This document shows, piece after piece, positions 1 to 7,924 of a stretch of DNA of 53,432 nucleotides. The notes under the pieces are model-generated. The model was not told where the DNA came from. It saw only the letters and a list, made by a program, of their open reading frames with translations, and ran no database searches. Source of the DNA: an uncultured Clostridia bacterium (lineage in GTDB: Bacteria; Bacillota; Clostridia; Christensenellales; CAG-138); the NCBI GenBank assembly GCA_937894955.1, contig CALAXO010000070.1, positions 1-53,432 of the forward strand. The letters run 5' to 3'. The translations under genes were made by a program, and so were the position numbers. How positions within the stretch are numbered: position 1 is the stretch's first letter; each line of letters begins with the position of its first letter.

Positions 1-529
1 CACCGGCGGTTTCCGAACGGCAATGCTTAAAAAAGCGGCGCGGATGCAGGGCATCGGCATCCTCTTCAACCCCGAGATAATGCCCGAGGGAGAAGTAGCT
101 TATGCCAAGGGGCTGATTGCCGCCGGCATCATCGGCGTTTATTGCGGAGATTGGCAGCGCAGGCGTATTTTCCGTAAAAATTTCGCCGGGTGTGTGCTCA
201 AGATAGCTTTTGCGCAGGGCAACTCTCCGCTCGATATAGCAAAGTCCCGCCTGCATATCCGCCATTTGCTGCATGACGCGCTGACGGCAGTCGTTTATAA
301 TGTCGATATTATGTCCGCTTTCGCAGAGCAGCATGGATTTGATTTCACGAAGGTTCAGCCCCGCCGATTGCAGCAGGCGGATGGATTCCATGCGCGGCAA
401 CTGCGAAAAATCGTATTCACGGTAGCCGTTGGGCAGTATGCGCGCAGGCTTGAGCAAATCAATTTCATCATAAAAGAACAGCGTCCGCTTTTCAACTCCG
501 CAGAGCTTTGCAAATTCCTTTGTTGTCAC
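1..529 (-). CDS. MerR-family transcriptional regulator (C-terminal end runs off the window)
   Basis: GTG start at 529 with AAGGAG (535-540, minus strand) upstream. My own translation is VTTKEFAKLCGVEKRTLFFYDEIDLLKPARILPNGYREYDFSQL..., a MerR-type N-terminal HTH. The frame stays open to position 1. It is absent from the ORF track because it is edge-truncated. Confidence 0.75.
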   Translation of the reverse strand, partial: MTTKEFAKLCGVEKRTLFFYDEIDLLKPARILPNGYREYDFSQLPRMESIRLLQSAGLNLREIKSMLLCESGHNIDIINDCRQRVMQQMADMQAGLCYIERRVALRKSYLEHTPGEIFTENTPALPISAINADDAGGNQPLGISYFSLGHYLGVEEDADALHPRRFFKHCRSETAG

Positions 530-567
530 GGCGGCTCCTTCCATCCCAAAAAATTTTCCTAAAGGGC

Positions 568-598
568 TTGACTGTAACGTAACGTTATACCCTATATT
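568..598 (+). promoter_or_regulatory. MerR-type promoter: TTGACT, 19-bp spacer, TATATT, with operator dyad in the spacer
   Basis: TTGACT at 568-573 and TATATT at 593-598, separated by exactly 19 bp. The spacer holds the imperfect dyad TGTAACGT-A-ACGTTATA (573-589). It lies divergent to the MerR gene. Confidence 0.45.
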
Positions 599-885
599 GA
601 TTGTATCACCGAAATCGACATTATTCAACCCCAAAACGGAGGTTTTTCGGGTCACACGTTTGAGTGCGGCCCGAATTTCCTCCCAAAACGGTGATTAAGC
701 TATTGGCTGATAAAAGCGGCGGGGTTCCGTGCTTTTTTTCATAATCAGATGACTCCTTTCGAAAACGGGGCGGCACGGCTGCTCCGTTTTCGAGTTTGCA
801 AAAAGGCTTCAGTACGTATTGCAGCCGTGACGCATGTGCAGCACCTCTTTTTGAAACAGAGCAATTTTTACGGAAAACACTAATG

Positions 886-933
886 TCAAAAAATGCAAAA
901 GAAAACTCCGCACCGAAAAACGGCGGAGTTTTC
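886..933 (-). terminator. Rho-independent terminator of the decarboxylase operon
   Basis: 11-bp stem GAAAACTCCGC (901-911) / GCGGAGTTTTC (923-933), followed on the minus strand by a T-rich run (A-rich 886-900 on plus). Confidence 0.6.
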
Positions 934-995
934 CGAATTCATTCGATTATTCCGACTGAATTTATGTATGCTGTAAAAACAACGATAAATATACT

Positions 996-1214
996 TTATT
1001 CATTCTTTCCCGCGTTCCTTTTGTCTTCGGAACGCTTGCCCCTTGCGCTCATTTTGTTGAGTGCGGCAACGCAAAGAATCAAAACGCCCGTAACAACAAA
1101 GATGATGATAAGCCCGAGCAGCATGACCTTAAGCGAATCGACAAAGCCGAAACCATCCTTGCTGAAATCGAAAAATCCGTTCATAACGGCTGAATTTGCA
1201 CTGAATAACATCAT
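996..1214 (-). CDS. Small single-TM protein, OadG-like (gamma-type subunit of a Na+-translocating decarboxylase)
   Basis: 72 aa with one hydrophobic helix (LKVMLLGLIIIFVVTGVLILCVAAL) and a basic tail. AAAGGAG RBS; starts 18 nt after the beta-subunit gene on the same strand. Confidence 0.5.
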   Translation of the reverse strand: MMLFSANSAVMNGFFDFSKDGFGFVDSLKVMLLGLIIIFVVTGVLILCVAALNKMSARGKRSEDKRNAGKNE

Positions 1215-1232
1215 AATATTCGCTCCTTTCCG

Positions 1233-2366
1233 TCAACCGAGCATTGAACCGAAAATGCTGAGAATCAAGCCGCCCGCAATGACGGACGCAATCTGACCGG
1301 AAACATTTGCGCCGACAGCGTGCATAAGCAGAAAATTCTGATTATCCTCTTCCTGACCAAGCTTGTGAACAACCCTTGAAGACATCGGAAAAGCGGAAAT
1401 GCCCGCTGCACCGATCATGGGATTTATCTTTTTCTTTGCAAACAGATTGATGAATTTTGCAAAGAAAACGCCGCCGACCGTGTCAAACACGAATGCAACA
1501 AGGCCAAGCCCCAGAACAAGCAGCGTCTGCGGGCGCAGGAATTTGTCCGCGCTCATCGTGGCTGCAATGGAAAGCCCGAGGAAGAGAGTGATAAGGTTTG
1601 CAAGCACCTTCTGAGCCGTTTCGGAAAGTGCATTCAGAACGCCGCATTCGCGAAGCAGATTTCCGAACATCAGGCAGGCAATGAGCGGCAGACCGCCCGG
1701 CGCAACGATGCCGACAATAAATGTGATAACGATCGGGAACAGAATTCGGGTCAGCTTTGAAACATCCCGCTGTTCGTATTCCATGCGGATAAGCCGTTCG
1801 TGCTTGGTTGTGATAAGTTTTATTACCGGCCGCTGGATAATCGGAACAAGAGCCATATAGGAATACGCCGCAACAACGATCGCACTGAAAAGCCCCGGGT
1901 TGTTTGCGCTGATGCCAAGGTGGTTTGCAACAACAATGCTTGTCGGGCCGTCCGCCGCGCCGATTATCGCAATGGAAGCGGATTCCATCGGACCGAACCC
2001 GCAGAGGGTTGCCATGCAGAGCGTGAAAAAGATGCCGAACTGCGCCGCCGCACCGAAAAGCATAAGTTTCGGGTTGGTCAGCACGGGACCGAAGTCAATC
2101 ATTGCACCGATGCCGATGAAAAGCACCAGCGGGAAAAACTCGTTTGCAATGCCGCAGTCGTAAAGAATGCGGATGATTCCGCCGTCCGCCGCAATTGCGG
2201 AACCCGGCAGGTTCACGATGATCGCGCCGAATCCCATCGGCAAAAGAAGAGTGGGCTCCATATCCTTTTTGATTGCAAGATAAATAAGGATTCCGCCGAT
2301 AACCCACATAATGGCGTTGTCCCAGTTCGCGACGGCAAAATCGCGTGCGATTTCCAGAAGACCCAT
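1233..2366 (-). CDS. Sodium ion-translocating decarboxylase beta subunit (OadB/GcdB/MmdB family)
   Basis: 377-aa polytopic protein with family-typical stretches (GIANEFFPLVLFIGIGAMIDFGP, IIGAADGPTSI, AAGISAFPMSSRV). AAAGGAG RBS before the ATG at 2366. Confidence 0.9.
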   Translation of the reverse strand: MGLLEIARDFAVANWDNAIMWVIGGILIYLAIKKDMEPTLLLPMGFGAIIVNLPGSAIAADGGIIRILYDCGIANEFFPLVLFIGIGAMIDFGPVLTNPKLMLFGAAAQFGIFFTLCMATLCGFGPMESASIAIIGAADGPTSIVVANHLGISANNPGLFSAIVVAAYSYMALVPIIQRPVIKLITTKHERLIRMEYEQRDVSKLTRILFPIVITFIVGIVAPGGLPLIACLMFGNLLRECGVLNALSETAQKVLANLITLFLGLSIAATMSADKFLRPQTLLVLGLGLVAFVFDTVGGVFFAKFINLFAKKKINPMIGAAGISAFPMSSRVVHKLGQEEDNQNFLLMHAVGANVSGQIASVIAGGLILSIFGSMLG

Positions 2367-2513
2367 AGATGCTCCTTTGTTTTTTGTTTTTGCGGCTGCG
2401 CACTGCGCATTGCACAGTCTGCATTATACCCTTTTTTATATTCACAAACAAGTGCAAATTTGCAGCTTTTTTCCGAAACGGTAAATTAATGAAAAATTTA
2501 CACTCAATAAGGC

Positions 2514-2542
2514 TTGACGGATGTAAATGTTTTCGGTATAAT
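2514..2542 (+). promoter_or_regulatory. Sigma-A type promoter (TTGACG, 17 bp, TATAAT)
   Basis: TTGACG at 2514-2519 and TATAAT at 2537-2542. About 50 bp here is near-identical to the promoter at 3203-3231. Confidence 0.6.
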
Positions 2543-2583
2543 ATCAAATGTGACAACACAAAAATGTTGATATTGGGAGGTTT

Positions 2584-3042
2584 ATGATGAAAAAGAGGCT
2601 GCTTTTTATTGCGTTGGCGGTTTTGGTGGTTCTTGCTGCGGTTTTTGCTTTCGGCTGTGAAAAACAGTTTCCGAGCGAACAAGAGGTGCTGAAATCGCAT
2701 CTCGATAAGTATTGCAGGGAAAACGGCGAAAAAATCATTGAAAAATACAAAAACTGTTTCAGCGGCGCCGAATGCTCCGCCTGCTATGTTAACGATTCGG
2801 CTCTTGTGATCGAGTTCAGATTTGACGAGAAAATATCCGATCCTGAGTTTCAGCAGAGGTTTGCTCCGGATACGGAAAACATCATTGCCGAGTTCCGGCC
2901 GATCGCTCAGGAGATTGCCGATGCATCGGAAATCACATATACAGGCGTTGTCCTGATGTTTTTGGACAGCGAAGGCCAACGGGTTCAATCAATTCCGATT
3001 GGTGCAAATAATTCGAATATGATTATCGATTATTCGGATTAG
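2584..3042 (+). CDS. Small lipoprotein (hypothetical), paralogous to the C-terminal domain of the 3906-4809 gene
   Basis: GGGAGG RBS, signal peptide with lipobox (VFAFGC). KYCRENGEK...VIEFRFDEKISDPEFQQRF...VLMFLDSEGQ aligns by eye with KYCSENAER...VFEFKYNKAVDSQEFESKY...VFRCIDSDGN. Confidence 0.7.
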   Translation: MMKKRLLFIALAVLVVLAAVFAFGCEKQFPSEQEVLKSHLDKYCRENGEKIIEKYKNCFSGAECSACYVNDSALVIEFRFDEKISDPEFQQRFAPDTENIIAEFRPIAQEIADASEITYTGVVLMFLDSEGQRVQSIPIGANNSNMIIDYSD

Positions 3043-3095
3043 GCGCAATAAACCGACGCGGGCATGTTCGATTGAATAAAACATCGGGCAAAAGA

Positions 3096-3147
3096 AGAAT
3101 CGGGCAGGCGGTGAAAGCCGTATGTCCGATTCTTTTATTTTTATTTT
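3096..3147 (+). terminator. Rho-independent terminator
   Basis: Stem AGAATCGGGCA (3096-3106) / TGTCCGATTCT (3123-3133), then TTTTATTTTTATTTT. Confidence 0.6.
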
Positions 3148-3202
3148 GGATGAAAGACTAAAAAGCATTTAAAATATATTATTGATTGACGCGATATGAT
3201 AC

Positions 3203-3231
3203 TTGACGGATGTCAATATTTGCTGTATAGT
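3203..3231 (+). promoter_or_regulatory. Sigma-A type promoter (TTGACG, 17 bp, TATAGT), duplicate of the 2514 promoter
   Basis: TTGACG at 3203-3208 and TATAGT at 3226-3231. CTTGACGGATGT.AAT.TTT....GTATA.TATCA.ATGTGA.CACAAAAA is shared with 2513-2563. Confidence 0.6.
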
Positions 3232-3273
3232 ATCAGATGTGATCACAAAAAATAAATTTTAGAGGAGATTTTC

Positions 3274-3732
3274 ATGAAGAGAATCATATGTTTCGTTATG
3301 ATGGCAGCAATGCTGCTGTGTGTAGGATTCGGCACAAAGTCGAACGCCGCCGCAGAACCCGGCCAAGAGCCGAACTTCGAACTTCAGCCCGTAGCTCTCG
3401 ATGCTTCAGATCCGGATTATAATCCGTACGCTGTGTGCCGAGAAATCACCTTCACCCCTGTTGACGATCCGAACATTTCCGCCCGCGAACTCGGCATCAT
3501 GCGCATTCAGGAATCCGGCGGTTCCGATTTCCTTGACTGCTTTGACGATGAATTCCTTGAATTGATTTCAACCGCAACAAGTGTCATTGTCACTGAGGCA
3601 TATTTCCTTGAAGAGGGCGATTCCGAAGAAACGGAGCTTGTCGCTGTTTCTTATGAGGAATTCATGAATGCCGAACCCGACGACTCCGTCGGAGAGGACA
3701 TTCCCGTTATTGTTCCCGGCGATAACGGCTGA
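3274..3732 (+). CDS. Secreted acidic protein (hypothetical)
   Basis: GAGGAG RBS, N-terminal signal peptide (MKRIICFVMMAAMLLCVGFGTKSNAAAE), 152 aa, Asp/Glu-rich. Confidence 0.6.
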   Translation: MKRIICFVMMAAMLLCVGFGTKSNAAAEPGQEPNFELQPVALDASDPDYNPYAVCREITFTPVDDPNISARELGIMRIQESGGSDFLDCFDDEFLELISTATSVIVTEAYFLEEGDSEETELVAVSYEEFMNAEPDDSVGEDIPVIVPGDNG

Positions 3733-3771
3733 TACGTTACAGCGGAATGCAATATTAACCCGGTTGAACTT

Positions 3772-3827
3772 TCGGCACGGAGGCAGGCGCAATTAAAAAA
3801 GAGTTTGCTTCCGTGCCGATTTATTTT
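3772..3827 (+). terminator. Hairpin plus T-tract (probable terminator)
   Basis: Stem TCGGCACGGA (3772-3781) / TCCGTGCCGA (3810-3819) with a long loop, followed by TTTATTTT. Confidence 0.4.
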
Positions 3828-3905
3828 GAAAGATTCAGCGAAACAATTTACAAAACAACCCTCCGCAAAAAAGAAAGAAAGGAAGCTTTCGACACTGCGA
3901 AAGCG

Positions 3906-4809
3906 ATGATAACAAACATGAAAAACATGAAAAGGATTATTTCAGCGATTTTGATTTTGCTCCTTGCGGTTTCAATCTGCGCCTGCAGGGACTCTGCCGA
4001 AAAAAACGAAGACCCGATTGCAAAAAAGGTAAGCGAATACGCCGAGCTTATGAATAAGGACCTCTCCGAAAGCATTGAAACATTGCCGACGGGCTTGGAA
4101 TATGATGAAACAACAATTGAATGCTACAAAGCGGAGGGGCGCGACCTTGTTTATGTTAGGCCGTTCGATTCGTCTGTGGCTTCCATGTGGACGCAGGAGA
4201 TTTATGGTTATGCCCGGCGACAACATTCGCATGGAAGTGGCTTCCATGTGGACGCAGGAGATTTGGGAGGAATACGCTCGCACCGATGATCTGTACAACA
4301 ATACCCTGTTCAAGAACCTTACGGAAACCGTTGGGGACGACAGCGTAAGGCTGATTATCAGATTCATCGATAATGACGATAATGTGCTGTATGACCACAT
4401 AATTGACAAAAACTATAAATCCTCCGCCGGCACGATTACAATTATCGATGACACGGACGAAGCCGAATATGCGGTAAAAGCCGCCGCGAAATATTGCAGC
4501 GAGAATGCGGAGCGGTTGAATGCGGAATTAAGCATGTTTATGGAGGATGCAAAGTGGAACGGATGCCATGCCGAAGAGAGCGATATTGTGTTTGAATTCA
4601 AATACAACAAGGCCGTTGACAGTCAGGAGTTCGAAAGCAAATACAGTCAGGCCGATATCACAGAGGCACTTCAGCGATATGCGGACGAGATTGCATCCGA
4701 AACGGGAACACCGCTTGTGAGGCTTGTTTTCCGCTGCATTGACAGCGACGGAAACAACATTGCCGAGATTCATATCAAGGATCGAATGTTTGTTCATGAT
4801 GAGAATTAA
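3906..4809 (+). pseudogene. Lipoprotein gene split by a 61-bp insertion (frameshift)
   Basis: The N-terminal part (MITNMKNMKRIISAILILLLAVSICAC lipobox) is in frame 0 and stops at 4289. The rest is in frame +1 and runs to 4809. VASMWTQEI is encoded twice by the 28-bp repeat, and removing 61 bp gives one ORF. The exact start (3906, 3918 or 3927) is uncertain. Confidence 0.65.
4176..4264. repeat. Exact 28-bp direct repeat x2 flanking a unique 33-bp insert
   Basis: GTGGCTTCCATGTGGACGCAGGAGATTT occurs at 4176-4203 and 4237-4264. The insert ATGGTTATGCCCGGCGACAACATTCGCATGGAA is at 4204-4236. The flanking bases differ on both sides. Confidence 0.95.
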
Positions 4810-4859
4810 ACCGCAGACAGCGGACTTAAACTGAAAAAGGGCAATCAAGCATGAACTTT

Positions 4860-4903
4860 TCGGGCGGACGGCAAAAGCTGTTCGCCCGATTTGCTTGCTT
4901 TTG
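4860..4903 (+). terminator. Rho-independent terminator
   Basis: Stem TCGGGCG (4860-4866) / CGCCCGA (4883-4889), followed by TTTGCTTGCTTTT. Confidence 0.5.
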
Positions 4904-4956
4904 CGGGGCGGCGAATGTATAATGAAACAGAGAAAGACGAAAAGGAGGGATTGAAA

Positions 4957-5499
4957 ATGATGCAAAGCGGTGCGGATGAACGAATTCTTGATATAACGCC
5001 CGAACTCAGACTGCGGAGGTACGCGGGCGAATGCGATTTTGCACTTGAATGGTATTCGGACCCGGAACTCGTGTTCCTTGTTGACGGCGTTCGTGAACCG
5101 TATACTTCGGAAAAACTGCACAGAATGTATGATTATTTGAACGTTCACGGCGAGCTGTATTTTATTGAAGCAAAGGAAAACGGTGAGTTTCGCCCGGTCG
5201 GAGATGTTACGTTTTCCGCGCAGGATATGCCGATTGTTATCGGCGCGGCAGAATATCGCGGGCGCGGCATAGGCAGGGCTGTTGTAAGCTTTCTTGCGGC
5301 AAGGGCGAAGCGGAACGGCATTTCGGAGCTTTTCGTTCAGGAGATTCATTCGTGGAACATCGGCTCGAAACGCTGCTTTGAGTCGGTTGGATTCGTGCCG
5401 TATAGGCCGACGGAAAAAGGGTTTTCCTATCGGCTGGATTTGCGGCAGTTCGAGCCGGCGGAGTTTTTGCCGGAACAGGATCATGCCGAAACAAAGTGA
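4957..5499 (+). CDS. GNAT-family N-acetyltransferase
   Basis: AAAGGAGG RBS 7 nt before the ATG at 4957. Acetyl-CoA binding motif context YRGRGIGRAVVSFLAARAKRNG, followed by NIGSKRCFESVGF. Confidence 0.8.
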   Translation: MMQSGADERILDITPELRLRRYAGECDFALEWYSDPELVFLVDGVREPYTSEKLHRMYDYLNVHGELYFIEAKENGEFRPVGDVTFSAQDMPIVIGAAEYRGRGIGRAVVSFLAARAKRNGISELFVQEIHSWNIGSKRCFESVGFVPYRPTEKGFSYRLDLRQFEPAEFLPEQDHAETK

Positions 5500-5515
5500 A
5501 CAAATGCAAACAAAA

Positions 5516-5550
5516 CCCTTCCGTCAACGTTCGGCGGAAGGGTTATTTGT
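5516..5550. terminator. Bidirectional terminator between convergent genes
   Basis: Stem CCCTTCCG (5516-5523) / CGGAAGGG (5535-5542), with an A-run before it and a T-rich run after it. Confidence 0.55.
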
Positions 5551-5575
5551 CGGGCGCGGCGCCGAAAGCGAAAAG

Positions 5576-5947
5576 TCAATCGCTGTGTTCGGCGGCAAAG
5601 CGTTTTATTGCCTCAAAGGTTTCATCGGAAATAACATGCTCGATTTTGCAGGCATCCTCTGCGGCAATTCCGGCGGAAACACCGAGCTTTGTGAATACTT
5701 TTGTTAAAACGCGGTGACGTTCGAATGTTTTTTCGGCGACCGAACGCCCTTCATCCGTGAGATAAAGATGTCCGGAACCATCCATGATGATATAGCCGTT
5801 TTTCTTCAATATGCCGACGGCGCGGCTGACGCTGGGCTTCGAATAGCCCATTTCTTCCGCAACGTCAACGCTGCGAACCTTGTTCAACCTGCGGGAAAGC
5901 ACAAGAATGGTTTCAAGATACATTTCGCCGGATTCCTGCAAATGCAT
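5576..5947 (-). CDS. DtxR/MntR-family metal-dependent transcriptional repressor
   Basis: MHLQESGEMYLETILVL...VRSVDVAEEMGYSKPSVSRAVGILKKNGYI...LTDEGRSVAEKTFERHRVL is the typical DtxR N-terminal HTH plus dimerisation helix. GAAAGGGG RBS before the ATG at 5947. Confidence 0.85.
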   Translation of the reverse strand: MHLQESGEMYLETILVLSRRLNKVRSVDVAEEMGYSKPSVSRAVGILKKNGYIIMDGSGHLYLTDEGRSVAEKTFERHRVLTKVFTKLGVSAGIAAEDACKIEHVISDETFEAIKRFAAEHSD

Positions 5948-5987
5948 TCGATTCACCCCTTTCAAAGTTTTTTAATTCAGTTGAACC

Positions 5988-6578
5988 TTACATAACTGCG
6001 GTCAGAAGGTAGATGACATAGGCATCGATCCATTCGGAGGGATCGCGTGACAAGCTTGACGCATAGTCGGCATAGGTAACATCCTCATCGTTTGTGAGCA
6101 TATAGCCGGAGCTGAAAATCTGCGTTGAAGTGCCTCTTACGCGGTCAATGGCGATAAGATATTTGTATTCGTCGTCGAATGCCTCTTTTGTGCCGTCCTC
6201 GTTTGTCTGTTCGTAATGCGTGCGATAAACGCCGTCCTTGTATTCAATATCGACAATTACAAGCTCCGGATCACCGCCGGTGACAACTTTTTCATAGTAA
6301 GTTGCAACGCGCAGAAGTGCAGGGTTGCCTTTTTTTGTTGTTTTTGCAAAGTCGGTCATGACGGATGCGTTTTTGATTGTTCCTTGGCTTTGGTAAACAA
6401 CAAGGCAGCCGTCCTCCTCAGCCTGCTCGGGTGTGTAATCGGCAGGAATTTCGGAATAGGCGCAATAGTCGGTTTCGATCGTCTGCGGAGTTTTTTTGCA
6501 GGCGCAAAGGCTCAGCGCAGCAGACACGAAGCAAAGTGCAAGTGCAAATAATATAACGTTGCGGAAGGGTTTTTTCAT
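5988..6578 (-). CDS. Lipoprotein (hypothetical)
   Basis: Signal peptide with lipobox LSLCAC; 196 aa; no recognisable catalytic motif. Confidence 0.65.
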   Translation of the reverse strand: MKKPFRNVILFALALCFVSAALSLCACKKTPQTIETDYCAYSEIPADYTPEQAEEDGCLVVYQSQGTIKNASVMTDFAKTTKKGNPALLRVATYYEKVVTGGDPELVIVDIEYKDGVYRTHYEQTNEDGTKEAFDDEYKYLIAIDRVRGTSTQIFSSGYMLTNDEDVTYADYASSLSRDPSEWIDAYVIYLLTAVM

Positions 6579-6623
6579 TGTTTTTCTCCTTTTGCGGGTT
6601 AAGTTTAAACGGTGTCGGGCGAT

Positions 6624-7163
6624 TCAGCGGCGGGTTATGATAACGTTGCGGAGCCTGTCATCAAAAACGCGTACGCAAAGCGTGAAAATAAGTTCATATG
6701 CGATAAAGAAAATCTCAATCGCAGGAATAATAATGTACAACGGATAATTCGGCAGCTGAGCGATTATGTCAAGACTGAACAGTTTGCCTGCGCCGAATAT
6801 CACAAGTGCAGCAAGGCCGTTGCAAAGAATAAGCTTTGCGGCAAAGGCAACAAGCTTGTCGCGGATAACGCTGTCGATGCCGAGTTTAATCATTCCGTAA
6901 CAGCCGAAAAACAGGATATACACCGCAAAATACAACTTGTTCGGAATGAGAAAAAAGGATATCGCACCCGTTGCCGCATAGCTCAGCAGGGCGTAGACAA
7001 ACCCGCCCCGCTCCCTGAGGGGTATCCAAGGCATAAGCGATGTCAAAAAACACAGCGCGAGCTTTGCCGTCGGAATGACGGATGCCGCATAAAGAAACAC
7101 AACGCTGAGCGCAGTGCTCATGGCGGAAAGAGTCAGTTTTGTTGTTGCAGAAAGTTTTTTCAT
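6624..7163 (-). CDS. Polytopic membrane protein (hypothetical)
   Basis: 179 aa with about 5 hydrophobic helices. No clear RBS. Confidence 0.5.
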   Translation of the reverse strand: MKKLSATTKLTLSAMSTALSVVFLYAASVIPTAKLALCFLTSLMPWIPLRERGGFVYALLSYAATGAISFFLIPNKLYFAVYILFFGCYGMIKLGIDSVIRDKLVAFAAKLILCNGLAALVIFGAGKLFSLDIIAQLPNYPLYIIIPAIEIFFIAYELIFTLCVRVFDDRLRNVIITRR

Positions 7164-7211
7164 CTTTTTAAAGCAATTGCAAAGCCCGAAAGCGGCCGAA
7201 AAAGCAGAAAA

Positions 7212-7889
7212 TCAGCAGCAGCGAATCAAATCTCCGCCCATGCATTCGCAGCAGGAATCCGCACAAAGCAAAGTCGAACAGCAGTTGCATGCAGTGTTCA
7301 TGTCTGCTCCCGTATTGTCGTTGTCATAGGTGTGGTAGCTCCGCGTGCTGCGTGCGTTAAGGGAATCCCTTGCGCGGCGGTACTCTGCGCTGCGCGGTTC
7401 CATTGAAACGGCTATGTCAAGATAATTGCGGGCGGATGAGTAATCGCCGACGCGGAAACAGACAATGCCGTAAAGATAATGCCATTCCGCATTGTGCAGC
7501 GGTATGCCGTCCAGCATTGCCTGTGCTTCATACAGAGAACCTGTGTTTATGCATTGCCGCACACGCGCGAATTCAGCCGAAAAATTGCCGGAATAACCGT
7601 TGCTGTAATTTCCGGAATAACCGCCGGAGGAAGTGCCGGAGCTGCTGCCCGAATAGCCTTCGAATCCGCTGCCGGAATAAGTGTTTTGGGAAGCGGCGCC
7701 GTTTTTGCGCATGTTGTTTATTGTGTCATACGCTTCGTTGACCTGCTTCAGCTTTTCGTTTGCAAGGTCCTGCAGGTCGCTGTCCCGATAGCGATCGGGA
7801 TGATATTTTTTGACTAATTTAATGTAGGCGGAACGGATCTGCTCATCGGTGGCGGTTTCCGAAACGCCGAGCACCTCATATGGGTTCAC
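7212..7889 (-). CDS. J-domain (DnaJ-like) protein with Gly/Ser/Tyr-rich linker, TPR-like segment and Cys-rich tail
   Basis: GTG start. NPYEVLGVSETATDEQIRSAYIKLVKKYHPDR carries the HPD motif. The C-terminal tail is CNCCSTLLCADSCCECMGGDLIRCC. Confidence 0.85.
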   Translation of the reverse strand: MNPYEVLGVSETATDEQIRSAYIKLVKKYHPDRYRDSDLQDLANEKLKQVNEAYDTINNMRKNGAASQNTYSGSGFEGYSGSSSGTSSGGYSGNYSNGYSGNFSAEFARVRQCINTGSLYEAQAMLDGIPLHNAEWHYLYGIVCFRVGDYSSARNYLDIAVSMEPRSAEYRRARDSLNARSTRSYHTYDNDNTGADMNTACNCCSTLLCADSCCECMGGDLIRCC

Positions 7890-7924
7890 GAGTTCGTCCT
7901 TTCTTAATATACAGACAGAAAATT

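Noticed and set aside
695-742. 15-codon minus-strand ORF (MKKSTEPRRFYQPIA) with a GAAAGGAG RBS, preceded by hairpin CGAAAACGG...CCGTTTTCG (759-793)
   Set aside because: It is too short to support without conservation data. It lies just downstream of the decarboxylase operon terminator and may be a chance ORF. It is worth a glance only if the MerR-promoter region proves to be transcribed.
796-2988. + strand ORFs 796-1296 and 1800-2489, and minus-strand ORF 2095-2988
   Set aside because: They overlap the decarboxylase beta/gamma genes or the lipoprotein gene in other frames or strands. None has an RBS or recognisable motifs.
4176-4264. Could the 28/33/28 units (here and at 13419-13507) be genuine mini-CRISPR arrays or simple tandem duplications?
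   Set aside because: Each has only two repeats. The repeat sequences differ between the two loci. Both lie inside ORFs whose frames are restored by removing 61 bp, and no cas genes are in the window, so they are not canonical arrays. They are not tandem duplications because the 33-bp middle segment is not repeated on either side.
4528-5484. 318-aa minus-strand ORF
   Set aside because: It overlaps the GNAT gene and the end of the lipoprotein gene in antisense. It is Arg/Phe-rich and has no RBS.
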